Assembly (NCBI GenBank): GCA_025340205.1
Contig: CP006868.1
Location: forward strand, 1,380,001-1,412,000
Length of the DNA stretch: 32,000 nucleotides
Source: Ignicoccus pacificus DSM 13166
Lineage (GTDB): Archaea > Thermoproteota > Thermoprotei_A > Sulfolobales > Ignicoccaceae
Reading direction: 5' to 3'
Shown: one piece after another, positions 17,703 to 25,245 of the stretch
Layout of the letters: each line of letters begins with the position of its first letter
Position numbering within the stretch: the first letter of the stretch is position 1
Notes under the pieces: model-generated
Seen by the model: only the letters and a program-made list of their open reading frames with translations
Databases searched by the model: none
Told to the model about the DNA's origin: nothing
Program-made: the position numbers and the translations under genes

Positions 17703-18378
17703 GCTTTTTGCAATCCTCCCAAGCGTCGAAGAAACACTCGACCCCAACCAAGAGCTCTTCGATCGCGTCCTCGCATATCTTGCCTTGAACCATGAATACT
17801 CCCAGCCCCAAGATGAAAGTTATGAGAGGACTTACGGTGTAGTGAAGGATGTCTATGCTTACCTCAAATACCTTATACAAGTAAAACATCACAAGTATCC
17901 TTATCCAAGATATGGGTAGACCTAAGATCAAGCCGGCTAAAGAGGCTCCGATCCTTCTCCTCCAACTGCACTTACACACTAGGGGGAAGAGCAAGAACAT
18001 GAGTGACCTCAAAGAAGAACAAGCTAAGGTATAGCTTGCCAAGAGCTCGTTTCCTTGAACTATTAATATCTCCTTCCCCAAGTACATTACCTTAAAGCCT
18101 AATGGAGAAAGCGCTTTCGCGAGAACCTCATAATCGAGGCTCAAGGTCGAGAACGGGGTAAGCTCTAGGAATATCGGTAGGAAGTACCCGAGCAGTATCA
18201 AGAAGTAGACGAGCGTTGGAGTGAAGCACTTGCTGTTCCTATAAGAGTAGACCAAGTAAAGCGCAGGAAGCAAGGTCAAGAGAGCTAGGAGAGGAGGGAC
18301 GCCTACCGGAGCTATAGCTTCGTAAAGGGACCACGAGCCAAAAAGGATTAGCATTAATAGAGCGACGCACTTCTTCAT
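17647..18378 (-). CDS. putative archaeosortase/exosortase-family transpeptidase (multi-TM)
   Basis: About 7 hydrophobic segments. Signature 'EVLAKALSPLGFKVMYLGKEILIVQGNELLASYTLACSSLRSLMFLLFPLVCKCSWRRRIGASLAGLILGLPISWIRILVMFYLYKVFEVSIDILHYTVSP'. Cys120 (18019-18021), Arg160 (17899-17901) and His179 (17842-17844) match the exosortase Cys...Arg...His order and approximate spacing. Confidence 0.72.
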   Translation of the reverse strand: MKKCVALLMLILFGSWSLYEAIAPVGVPPLLALLTLLPALYLVYSYRNSKCFTPTLVYFLILLGYFLPIFLELTPFSTLSLDYEVLAKALSPLGFKVMYLGKEILIVQGNELLASYTLACSSLRSLMFLLFPLVCKCSWRRRIGASLAGLILGLPISWIRILVMFYLYKVFEVSIDILHYTVSPLITFILGLGVFMVQGKICEDAIEELLVGVECFFDAWEDCKKLRIGRPCSGPLGRCGSGS

Positions 18379-18388
18379 CTCTCTTCAG

Positions 18389-19306
18389 CTACTGTTGGAT
18401 TGCCTTACTCTTTTTCCTCTTCCTCAGCGCTGCCAGAGCTCCCGGAAGGGCCAGCACCAGAGGAACTGGTATCGTAGTGGAACTGTTGCTAGTCATAGTA
18501 TTCGTCATTATCATTGTAGTTGTCATCAGCATAGTCTTTGGAACCGGTAAGTAGACGTTGTCGTAGTAAGCTCCTCCCCTTCCTCCGAACTCGAAGTACT
18601 CCAAGGCGGTCGTGTTGTCGAAGGGTAGGGAGACGTTGGCGATGACCCCGCTGGTCACGTTTGTCAAATACACGTTAACACTTCCCACCTTGTAGTTCAC
18701 ATCGACCCTAAGCTCCATCCAGTTGAGGGAAGCGTTGCTCGTCAAGTTCCACTGGAATGGAAGTTGCTTGGTCACCGTAGTTCCATTAGACAGATAGGTA
18801 GTTACGGTCACGTTTCCGCTTACCGTTGTGTTGGTAGCATTGGCATAGAACGTAACGTTGATTAGTACCTTACCGTTAGATCCAACTAAGTAGACGCTGG
18901 TCCACTGGGTGGTATTAGGAGGTGCTAAGTCCTTATCAGGAGCTAGGTCTATCACGAACTCGTAGGTACCCATACTCAAGTTCCCTAGATAGTACTTCAG
19001 GGTGTAGTTACCGGCTAACAGAGAGTTAGGCTTGCTTATAGCGGTAGCGTTGCTCACGTTTAGGACTAGCGTTGCATTGGTAACGTTAATCGGAGTCGCT
19101 ATCAGCCCCGTCTCCGCTTGAAGGGTCGTAGGCGATATCGCTCCGACGGTCAAGTTATCGAAGGTTATGTTGACGTAGCTCAGCTTAGTCATGGTATAGG
19201 TTGTAGTGGTCGTTGTGGTCATCGTATAGGTAGTGTTCATCGCTAAGAGAATTGGTAATGCCATCAAGGCTAGTAACGCTATCCTCACCGATGTCACCGG
19301 AGTCAC
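18389..19306 (-). CDS. secreted Thr/Asn-rich surface protein with a CTERM-like sorting tail, putative archaeosortase substrate
   Basis: Signal peptide 'VRIALLALMALPILLAM', many N-x-S/T sequons, a lectin/LamG-like beta-rich middle, a Thr/Ser/Met-rich stalk 'TMLMTTTMIMTNTMTSNSSTT', then 'IPVPLVLALPGALAALRKRKKSKAIQQ'. The stop is 10 nt before the putative sortase start. Confidence 0.65.
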   Translation of the reverse strand: MTPVTSVRIALLALMALPILLAMNTTYTMTTTTTTTYTMTKLSYVNITFDNLTVGAISPTTLQAETGLIATPINVTNATLVLNVSNATAISKPNSLLAGNYTLKYYLGNLSMGTYEFVIDLAPDKDLAPPNTTQWTSVYLVGSNGKVLINVTFYANATNTTVSGNVTVTTYLSNGTTVTKQLPFQWNLTSNASLNWMELRVDVNYKVGSVNVYLTNVTSGVIANVSLPFDNTTALEYFEFGGRGGAYYDNVYLPVPKTMLMTTTMIMTNTMTSNSSTTIPVPLVLALPGALAALRKRKKSKAIQQ

Positions 19307-19408
19307 CGCGCACGATTACTACAAAAGAGAGGAATTAGCGTTCGGAAACGTAGACGCCGCGACCCCTCATTATATACTCCGAATTTCCTAGCCTTCCATA
19401 GGGAGACC

Positions 19409-19732
19409 TTGGACGAGGAGAGGATGAGGAAGGAAGCTGAGTACGTGGCGAGGATGCTGGAGAGAAAGGGTTACGAGACCTCGGTCAGGAAGTCGGTAGT
19501 CAAGAACTTGATCGGGGAAGAGGTGGTCAGCTTCAACGTTCTTGCGAGCAAGGGAGAGCACGTGGTTAGGTGGAAGGTAAGTGAGAACCGCTATGAGGTC
19601 AGCATAAGGATCTACGGCGAGGTGGAGGGAGAGCTCGAGGAGGAGGGCTATCATGTGGAGAAGGACGGGGAGTACACGAGGCTCTTCAAGAGGTCTAACA
19701 AGATGTTCGGCTTCTTGGACAAGGTGCCGTAG
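19409..19732 (+). CDS. hypothetical protein (107 aa)
   Basis: Start appears to be TTG. TATA-like TTATATAC lies upstream near 19363-19370. No motif. Confidence 0.55.
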   Translation: MDEERMRKEAEYVARMLERKGYETSVRKSVVKNLIGEEVVSFNVLASKGEHVVRWKVSENRYEVSIRIYGEVEGELEEEGYHVEKDGEYTRLFKRSNKMFGFLDKVP

Positions 19733-19774
19733 CTAGCGCTTTTTGATCTTTCCTCCCACCACCTTGGGAGTCAG

Positions 19775-21064
19775 ATGAACGCGCTCAGATTGATCGCGGC
19801 GATAGTCGCGTTTGTCATAGCTTACTGGAGCCTCCACTCCATAAGGCCGCTGACGCCGGGAGCAGTTACCGCTGGGAACAAGCTGGAGATACCTTACTCT
19901 TGGGACATAAGCTCACACAACACGCCGCTAGCCGTGGTCACCCCTCCCAAGCCGGCCTACCTAAGGGTCAGCTCCTTCAACGTGTATCAAGACGGAAGGT
20001 GGGTAAGGGAAGGAGGGAGCTTCGGTCCCGGCGTCCTGAAAGGTAACACCTACACCATTTCAATAACTCCCTTCGCTGTCCTTCTCTACCCCGCCTTCCC
20101 CGTTCCCCAACCCTATCCCGGAACCCTCCCGAAGGTCATGGGAGGTACTGAGAACGGAGACACCTTCACCTTCAACGGCTTCAAGACCCAAGTGGTAGCG
20201 AAGTATACTGATCCCTTCCCCAAGGAACTCTTCCCTCAGCTTTTCGTTCCCTTGAGCCAAGTAGCTATCTTCAAGCCCAAGCACTGGTCTACGAAAAGGG
20301 TCCAAGAGCTGGCCCAAAAACTCTACAACGACTTCAAGGGGAGAACCCTCTACGCGTTGCTGGATTACATGACCAACTGGCTCAGACACAACTACAAGTA
20401 CACCTTAACTTACACGGGGACTCCCGGGAAGGATCCCGTCGATTGGTTCCTGTTCGTATCCAAGACCGGAATGTGCATGCACTTCGCCTCCGCAGCAGCC
20501 GTCCTCCTCAACGATATGGGAATAAAGGCGAGGGTTGTCTACGGATTTGCGGTAAGCTATCAGAGGGGGGACTTCAGGGTGTTCGTGACCCCCACCCACC
20601 TCTGGGTGGAGGTCTGGGTCCCCAACGTAGGCTGGATACCTTGGGATCCCTCTCCTCCTGCAGCCCTTAGGATCAACGCCCCTCAAGCCGTTGGAGGAGG
20701 GGGCGGAATAGCCCCTCCCGTCACCCCACAGAAGGCGCCGACCGCCCCGGGAAGAGGAGGGGGCGGAGGAAGGATCTCCGTAAACTTGAGGGACTTGGTT
20801 CCCTACCTAACAGCCTTCATTGTAATATTGATACTATTCTTCGATACCATTAAGAAGTGGCTGCTCTCGTGGCCCGTTGCCTTTAGAGAGTGTGCTGAGA
20901 GAAAGATAGGGAAGAAGGGGCTAACGCTCAGGGAGCTCGCCGAGATCACCGGAATAAAGGAGCTCGAGGAAGTTCAAGTTGAATACCTCAAGAGAGGTAA
21001 GTGGCTCAGAAAGGGATTCTGGAAGGCGTTAAAGTGGTGCCTAAGCAAGGCTCTGGGAAGGTAG
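19775..21064 (+). CDS. transglutaminase-like (TGc) membrane protein, TgpA-like
   Basis: N-terminal TM, then 'KTGMCMHFASAAAVLLNDMGIKARVVYGFAV', 'TPTHLWVEVWVPNVGWIPWDPSPP' (Cys/His/Asp triad context), and a second TM 'LVPYLTAFIVILILFFDTI'. Confidence 0.85.
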   Translation: MNALRLIAAIVAFVIAYWSLHSIRPLTPGAVTAGNKLEIPYSWDISSHNTPLAVVTPPKPAYLRVSSFNVYQDGRWVREGGSFGPGVLKGNTYTISITPFAVLLYPAFPVPQPYPGTLPKVMGGTENGDTFTFNGFKTQVVAKYTDPFPKELFPQLFVPLSQVAIFKPKHWSTKRVQELAQKLYNDFKGRTLYALLDYMTNWLRHNYKYTLTYTGTPGKDPVDWFLFVSKTGMCMHFASAAAVLLNDMGIKARVVYGFAVSYQRGDFRVFVTPTHLWVEVWVPNVGWIPWDPSPPAALRINAPQAVGGGGGIAPPVTPQKAPTAPGRGGGGGRISVNLRDLVPYLTAFIVILILFFDTIKKWLLSWPVAFRECAERKIGKKGLTLRELAEITGIKELEEVQVEYLKRGKWLRKGFWKALKWCLSKALGR

Positions 21065-21394
21065 ATGCACCCCCTCCAAGCGGCTATAACGTTCTTGCTG
21101 TTTCTGGCTACGGTAATAGTCCTGCTAACTGCCTTCCAAGCTTCTACGGAGGTGATCCCCGACTTAGACGTCCTAGCTGAACCGGTTTACTATGAAGGAA
21201 AGAAGAGGAGGCTCGTGGAAGCCATGGTTGAGGAGGTGGAGAAGATGGAGAAGAAGGGAATAAGGGGACTGGTGGCCAGGTTCTTGCTGAAGAACGCTAG
21301 AGAGTACTTGAAGTTCAACATATGGGGAGCGGCAGCTCTAGAGTCCTCGAGAGCTTATAGGATCCTCAAGTCCTCGCGAACCACTTCTGAATGA
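21065..21394 (+). CDS. hypothetical membrane-anchored protein (109 aa), downstream partner of the TGc protein
   Basis: N-terminal TM 'ITFLLFLATVIVLLTAF'. Immediately adjacent (0 nt) to the TGc gene stop. Confidence 0.6.
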   Translation: MHPLQAAITFLLFLATVIVLLTAFQASTEVIPDLDVLAEPVYYEGKKRRLVEAMVEEVEKMEKKGIRGLVARFLLKNAREYLKFNIWGAAALESSRAYRILKSSRTTSE

Positions 21395-22139
21395 GTCCGC
21401 TCCTCACCAACCTCTTGTAACCGTAGCCCATCTTTATCATTCCCAGCACTTCCTCCCTCTTCTCAGGAGGCACGTAGGATCCTCCCACGTGGGTAGCCCC
21501 TATCAGCCTGGCGAAGTAGGGGTGGACGGTGGCAGTTGGTCCTACCAAGGCCTTCACAGGGGCCTTCACCTTATCGAACACGAAGGCTATCCTCGGATCC
21601 AGCAAGGAGGAGCCGGTAGCTATTATGGCATCCGCCTCCTCCTCAAGGAGGGCATAGCTTCCGGGATAGGCCTTCACTCCCAAGTCCTTGGCACTACACC
21701 TAAGCATGTAGTTGTCCTCGTAAAGCACCACCTCTGCTCCAGCCTCCTTCACCTCCTCGACCACTCCGGCCATGTAACCTATCATCAGCACCTTCATACC
21801 CTTGTCTATTCCCAGCGCCTCCACCAGATCGGGGGCGGGCATCTCCACCTCTCCTCCATCGTCTATCCACTTCTGGGTGATTGCGGAGAGCGCCGCTAGG
21901 GCTAAGGAGGTCTCCGGAGCTCCGGTCCACGCCCTCTTGAAGAGTTCCCTTATGAAGGTCTCCTTGGTGGGGAGGAAGTCCGGGTACTCCATCTCGGGGG
22001 CGAAGGCGAAGCCTACCGCTCCCAAAGTCTTAACGTAGGATAGCTTCTTGGCTATTCCAAAGTCTTCGAGTTTAGCGGACGAGTACTTGCTTAAAGGTGA
22101 TCTTAAAGTCGCTATTAAAGCGTTCGCGAGCAGATTCAA
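21366..22139 (-). CDS. DUF364-like (Rossmann/heavy-metal chelation-like) conserved protein
   Basis: 'GMKVLMIGYMAGVVEEVKEAGAEVVLYEDN' followed by 'ADAIIATGSSLLD' and 'ALVGPTATVHPYFARLIGATHVGGSYVPP' resembles DUF364 proteins. Confidence 0.6.
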   Translation of the reverse strand: MNLLANALIATLRSPLSKYSSAKLEDFGIAKKLSYVKTLGAVGFAFAPEMEYPDFLPTKETFIRELFKRAWTGAPETSLALAALSAITQKWIDDGGEVEMPAPDLVEALGIDKGMKVLMIGYMAGVVEEVKEAGAEVVLYEDNYMLRCSAKDLGVKAYPGSYALLEEEADAIIATGSSLLDPRIAFVFDKVKAPVKALVGPTATVHPYFARLIGATHVGGSYVPPEKREEVLGMIKMGYGYKRLVRSGLIQKWFART

Positions 22140-22264
22140 GATCTCTACCCCTCTCTACCTCCGCTCCCAGCACCATTAACGCTTCCCTCATCTCTACAAT
22201 AGATTATCCTAGACTTAATGAGCCTATTTAACTAAATCCTTCGGGTAAGGGGTGGGGTTAGCTC

Positions 22265-22573
22265 TTGGAGGAAGGGAAGGTTTATGTCATCACTGACGAC
22301 ATCACTTGCCCTCTGTTCAGGCTGATAGGAGCGAGCGTGGTGAGGACCAAGGACCCTGAGGAGACCATGAAGGCTCTGAAGGAGCTCATCAAGAGGCCAG
22401 ACGTGGCAATGGTTATGGTTTCCTACGACGTCGCCGTTGGAAAGGAGGAGGAGATAAGGAACTTGGCCGCTGAGATATCCAAGCCTGTAATAACCTTGAT
22501 CCCCGGAAGAGTCCACAAGCCTCCCAAGCTGGATCCGAACAAGGTCCTCTTGAGAGCTCTAGGCTTCGGATGA
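22265..22573 (+). CDS. atpF: A/V-type ATP synthase subunit F
   Basis: 'KVYVITDDITCPLFRLIGA...EETMKALKELIKRPDVAMVMVSYDVAV', a typical subunit F pattern. Followed by subunit E. Confidence 0.75.
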   Translation: MEEGKVYVITDDITCPLFRLIGASVVRTKDPEETMKALKELIKRPDVAMVMVSYDVAVGKEEEIRNLAAEISKPVITLIPGRVHKPPKLDPNKVLLRALGFG

Positions 22574-22619
22574 GGAGTTTAACCCCTTTCAGAGCTAGTG
22601 ATTTGGAAGGTGATAGGGC

Positions 22620-23249
22620 ATGCCCGGCAAGATCGAGATCATTGGAGATTACAAGAACTTGCTCAATTACATGAAGGAGGACGCTTACGCCAAGATAGAC
22701 AAGACCGTTGATCAGGCCTTGAAGGAGGCCGAGGAGCTCTTAGCTAAGAAGTTGGAGGAGGTCTACGCTCCCCTTGAGGTGGAGGTCGAGAGGATACTGG
22801 ATGAGGCTCAGCAGAGGATCAACGCCGAAAAGGCTGCTCTAGAGATGGAGAGGAAGAAGAAGGTTGAAGAGCTCAAGAAGATTTACGTGAACAAGGTAAT
22901 TGAAGAGGCTTGGAGGAGGCTCTTGGAGGAGGCCCAGAAGGGCAGCGAGAAGTACAAGAACTTGCTCAAGAACGCTCTAATCAGAATGTCCAAGGAAGCT
23001 GAGGGCGACGAGGTGGAGGTATATGCCCTCAAGAAGGATCTGGAGTACGTGAAGAAGGTAATTGAGGAGAACAAGCTGAGCAACCTGACCGTCGGAGGAA
23101 GTGCTGAGGAGAAGGGAATAGAGATCAAGGGAGGAGTGGTAGGCAAGTCCAAGAAGGCTGCTGTATGGTACAACTACAGCCTCGAGAGGCTCTTCGAGGA
23201 AGTAGTACAAGAGGTCTATTCTGAGGTCCTGGAAGCCCTCACTTCCTAA
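22620..23249 (+). CDS. atpE: A/V-type ATP synthase subunit E
   Basis: 209 aa, long charged N-terminal helix ('ILDEAQQRINAEKAALEMERKKKVEELKKIYVNKV') and a C-terminal 'NYSLERLFEEVVQEVYSEVLEAL'. Adjacent to subunit F. Confidence 0.82.
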   Translation: MPGKIEIIGDYKNLLNYMKEDAYAKIDKTVDQALKEAEELLAKKLEEVYAPLEVEVERILDEAQQRINAEKAALEMERKKKVEELKKIYVNKVIEEAWRRLLEEAQKGSEKYKNLLKNALIRMSKEAEGDEVEVYALKKDLEYVKKVIEENKLSNLTVGGSAEEKGIEIKGGVVGKSKKAAVWYNYSLERLFEEVVQEVYSEVLEALTS

Positions 23250-23797
23250 CTTTTTAGCTTGCTGAGCTCAAAGAACACCACTATGTCTCCCGGCTTCATC
23301 GTCTTCTCGGGAGGCTCCCACCTGCCTCTCACCAGGATCGCTATGGGTATCCCCTTAGGACCTGCCAGCTGGTAGGGGTCACACCCTTCCGGATCTGTAC
23401 ACTCCTTCGACCCTATGTTTATGGTACCCTTCAAGGCATTGTAGAGCAAGGTGCCAGCGTAAGGATGTGCGACCAAGGCCGCTACCACCTGAGCCAGAGC
23501 ATCTGCCGGGAGGACCACGTCCGCTCCCAGCCTAGAGAGGAGCAGGCCCACTTGCTCATCGTGGACCAAGGCGACGATCTTGGGCACCGTACACTCGGCC
23601 TCAAAGGCCTTTTCCACCACGTCTAAGACGGTATAAATAACCCTCTCGTCCTCTCCGCAAGCGACTACAGTATGGTAAATACAAACGTCCTCCTTTTCGT
23701 CCACCTTAGACGTCCTCTTGAGATCCGCTCCTCCCTCCTCGAGGACCTCAGCTACCGCGTCGCATTGGACGCCTTCACCCACCATCAGCACTCTCAA
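23246..23797 (-). CDS. RCK/TrkA-like nucleotide-binding regulatory protein
   Basis: 'MRVLMVGEGVQCDAVAEVLEEGGADL', 'PKIVALVHDEQVGLLLSRLGADVVLPADALAQVVAALVAHP' and the TrkA-C-like 'KGIPIAILVRGRWEPPEKTMKPGDIVVFF'. Confidence 0.7.
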   Translation of the reverse strand: MRVLMVGEGVQCDAVAEVLEEGGADLKRTSKVDEKEDVCIYHTVVACGEDERVIYTVLDVVEKAFEAECTVPKIVALVHDEQVGLLLSRLGADVVLPADALAQVVAALVAHPYAGTLLYNALKGTINIGSKECTDPEGCDPYQLAGPKGIPIAILVRGRWEPPEKTMKPGDIVVFFELSKLKS

Positions 23798-24500
23798 AGA
23801 ATTCCACCACCTTTCTTACAGCATTTATCATTGTCTCAATTATCTTCTCACCTTCCTCCTTCCTCGCCTCTGAGACGGACTTGGGAGAGCAACCGTACTC
23901 GGTGCTTATCCAAGGTATGGTCGCGCCTTCTAACGCCGGGGGACTCTTCACCGCTTTAGTCTTCCTCACGACGACGCTGTAGCCCAACGCTAGAGCGACG
24001 GAAGCCTCAGCTCTACAGAGGTCCTGAAAGTCCTTGTAGCCCGCCTCCTCGACGGCCTTCCAGAGGTCTATTACCGCAGCCTTCACGCCTTTCCTAAATA
24101 TCTCCATTACTACTGCTTGGAGAGGTGGGACCGCTCCCTTGTGAGCCACCACGAAGAGCACCGGCTTGCCGCTCAGCTGGTAGAGCTGTTCGGCTAAGCT
24201 GGACATGTGCCTTACCAGTATTTCAAGGGGCATAGTTATTGATTTAGCGTGTTCGGGACTGAAGCTGTAGTTTATGGAGGGAGCTACGTAGACTCCGGGA
24301 ATGGAACAAGCTACCCTCTCCGCGATCTTCGTGTCGAGGCCCATGGGGAGGGGGCCGTGATCCTCTAGGGATCCTACGGGAACCAGTATCGCCTTAGCGT
24401 TCTTGGCCTCCTTTGCGGCTGCGTCTGCTAGAAGCTTACACAAGCTAGACCCCATGGTCGCTTTGAAGGTGTCTTTAAATAATGAAGCGAGGGCTCTCAC
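23775..24500 (-). CDS. creatininase-family amidohydrolase
   Basis: 'AILVPVGSLEDHGPLPMGLDTKIAE' (metal-binding), 'SINYSFSPEHAKSITM', 'VVAHKGAVPPLQAV'. Confidence 0.8.
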   Translation of the reverse strand: MRALASLFKDTFKATMGSSLCKLLADAAAKEAKNAKAILVPVGSLEDHGPLPMGLDTKIAERVACSIPGVYVAPSINYSFSPEHAKSITMPLEILVRHMSSLAEQLYQLSGKPVLFVVAHKGAVPPLQAVVMEIFRKGVKAAVIDLWKAVEEAGYKDFQDLCRAEASVALALGYSVVVRKTKAVKSPPALEGATIPWISTEYGCSPKSVSEARKEEGEKIIETMINAVRKVVEFFESADGG

Positions 24501-24963
24501 CCCTTCCCTTCGGGGAGTTCCACGCAGCCTTTCACCATCCCAAGGCGAAATCTATTATCGCTTTTGATCCTTAACTTTTATTCCCTTGCTCTGATTGAGC
24601 TTAAAGTATCTATAACTTCACGCCTATGGGAACGCTTAACGTTCCATCTCATACCTTTCAATTGTCACATAATGACTAACCTTAAGCTTGCCCTTTGATG
24701 CTTCTATCTTTGTATTCATGAAAGCGGACAAGGATATGAGCGGTTTTCTCCCAGAAGTATGGAAAGGGAAGTTTGAGATTGATTGAATTGAAAGGGAGAA
24801 AGCGATGTTAAGAGAGGATGGAACTGAAGACTTGAAAGGGCAACAGAAGTCTCAATAGGGAATGGCAAGTGCACTTGTCAGTATGAGAGTATGCTTTACG
24901 AAAAGCGCTCCTTCTCGGGCACTTAACGACTCCATGCTGTTAAACGATCCAAAAGTCCATGAG

Positions 24964-24995
24964 CTTCTCAGTAAGAAGTACTTCTTACCGAGAAG
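24964..24995. repeat. 32-bp near-perfect palindrome
   Basis: CTTCTCAGTAAGAAG-TA-CTTCTTACCGAGAAG. 15-nt arms with one mismatch around a TA centre. Confidence 0.9.
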
Positions 24996-25206
24996 TCATT
25001 CCATATATCAGCAAGTTTTTCCGTGAACTGATAGGGAGATCGCTTGTTGGTATAAAATCGATCCATATGAGGGAGCTTCGAATGTCGCAAGAAGTTTATA
25101 TTGTCCCCGCGCTAAGGTATTGTTGAAGGCACAAAGGCCCTTCAATCTGAGGAACTTCCACGCCCTTTCACGGGTAAAGGATAGTAGCTTACTCGCCTCT
25201 ATCCAC

Positions 25207-25214
25207 TTTATATA
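25207..25214 (+). promoter_or_regulatory. putative TATA box of the DUF655-ksgA operon
   Basis: TTTATATA, 32 nt upstream of an in-frame TTG at 25246. Confidence 0.5.
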
Positions 25215-25245
25215 CTCTCGCTCAACCTTTCCTTGGGACTCTAAG

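Noticed and set aside
18361-19306. Thr-codon repeat tract as a tandem DNA repeat or phase-variable element
   Set aside because: The Thr run after the signal peptide uses mixed codons and is short. It reads as protein composition bias rather than a DNA microsatellite.
24530-25206. Structured ncRNA such as RNase P RNA or SRP RNA in the ORF-poor region
   Set aside because: Core motifs I would expect (e.g. GAGGAAAGUCC for RNase P) are absent. GC is low for a structured RNA in an apparent hyperthermophile.
24701-25206. Intact insertion sequence
   Set aside because: No transposase ORF, no identifiable terminal inverted repeats flanked by a target duplication. Only isolated short palindromes.
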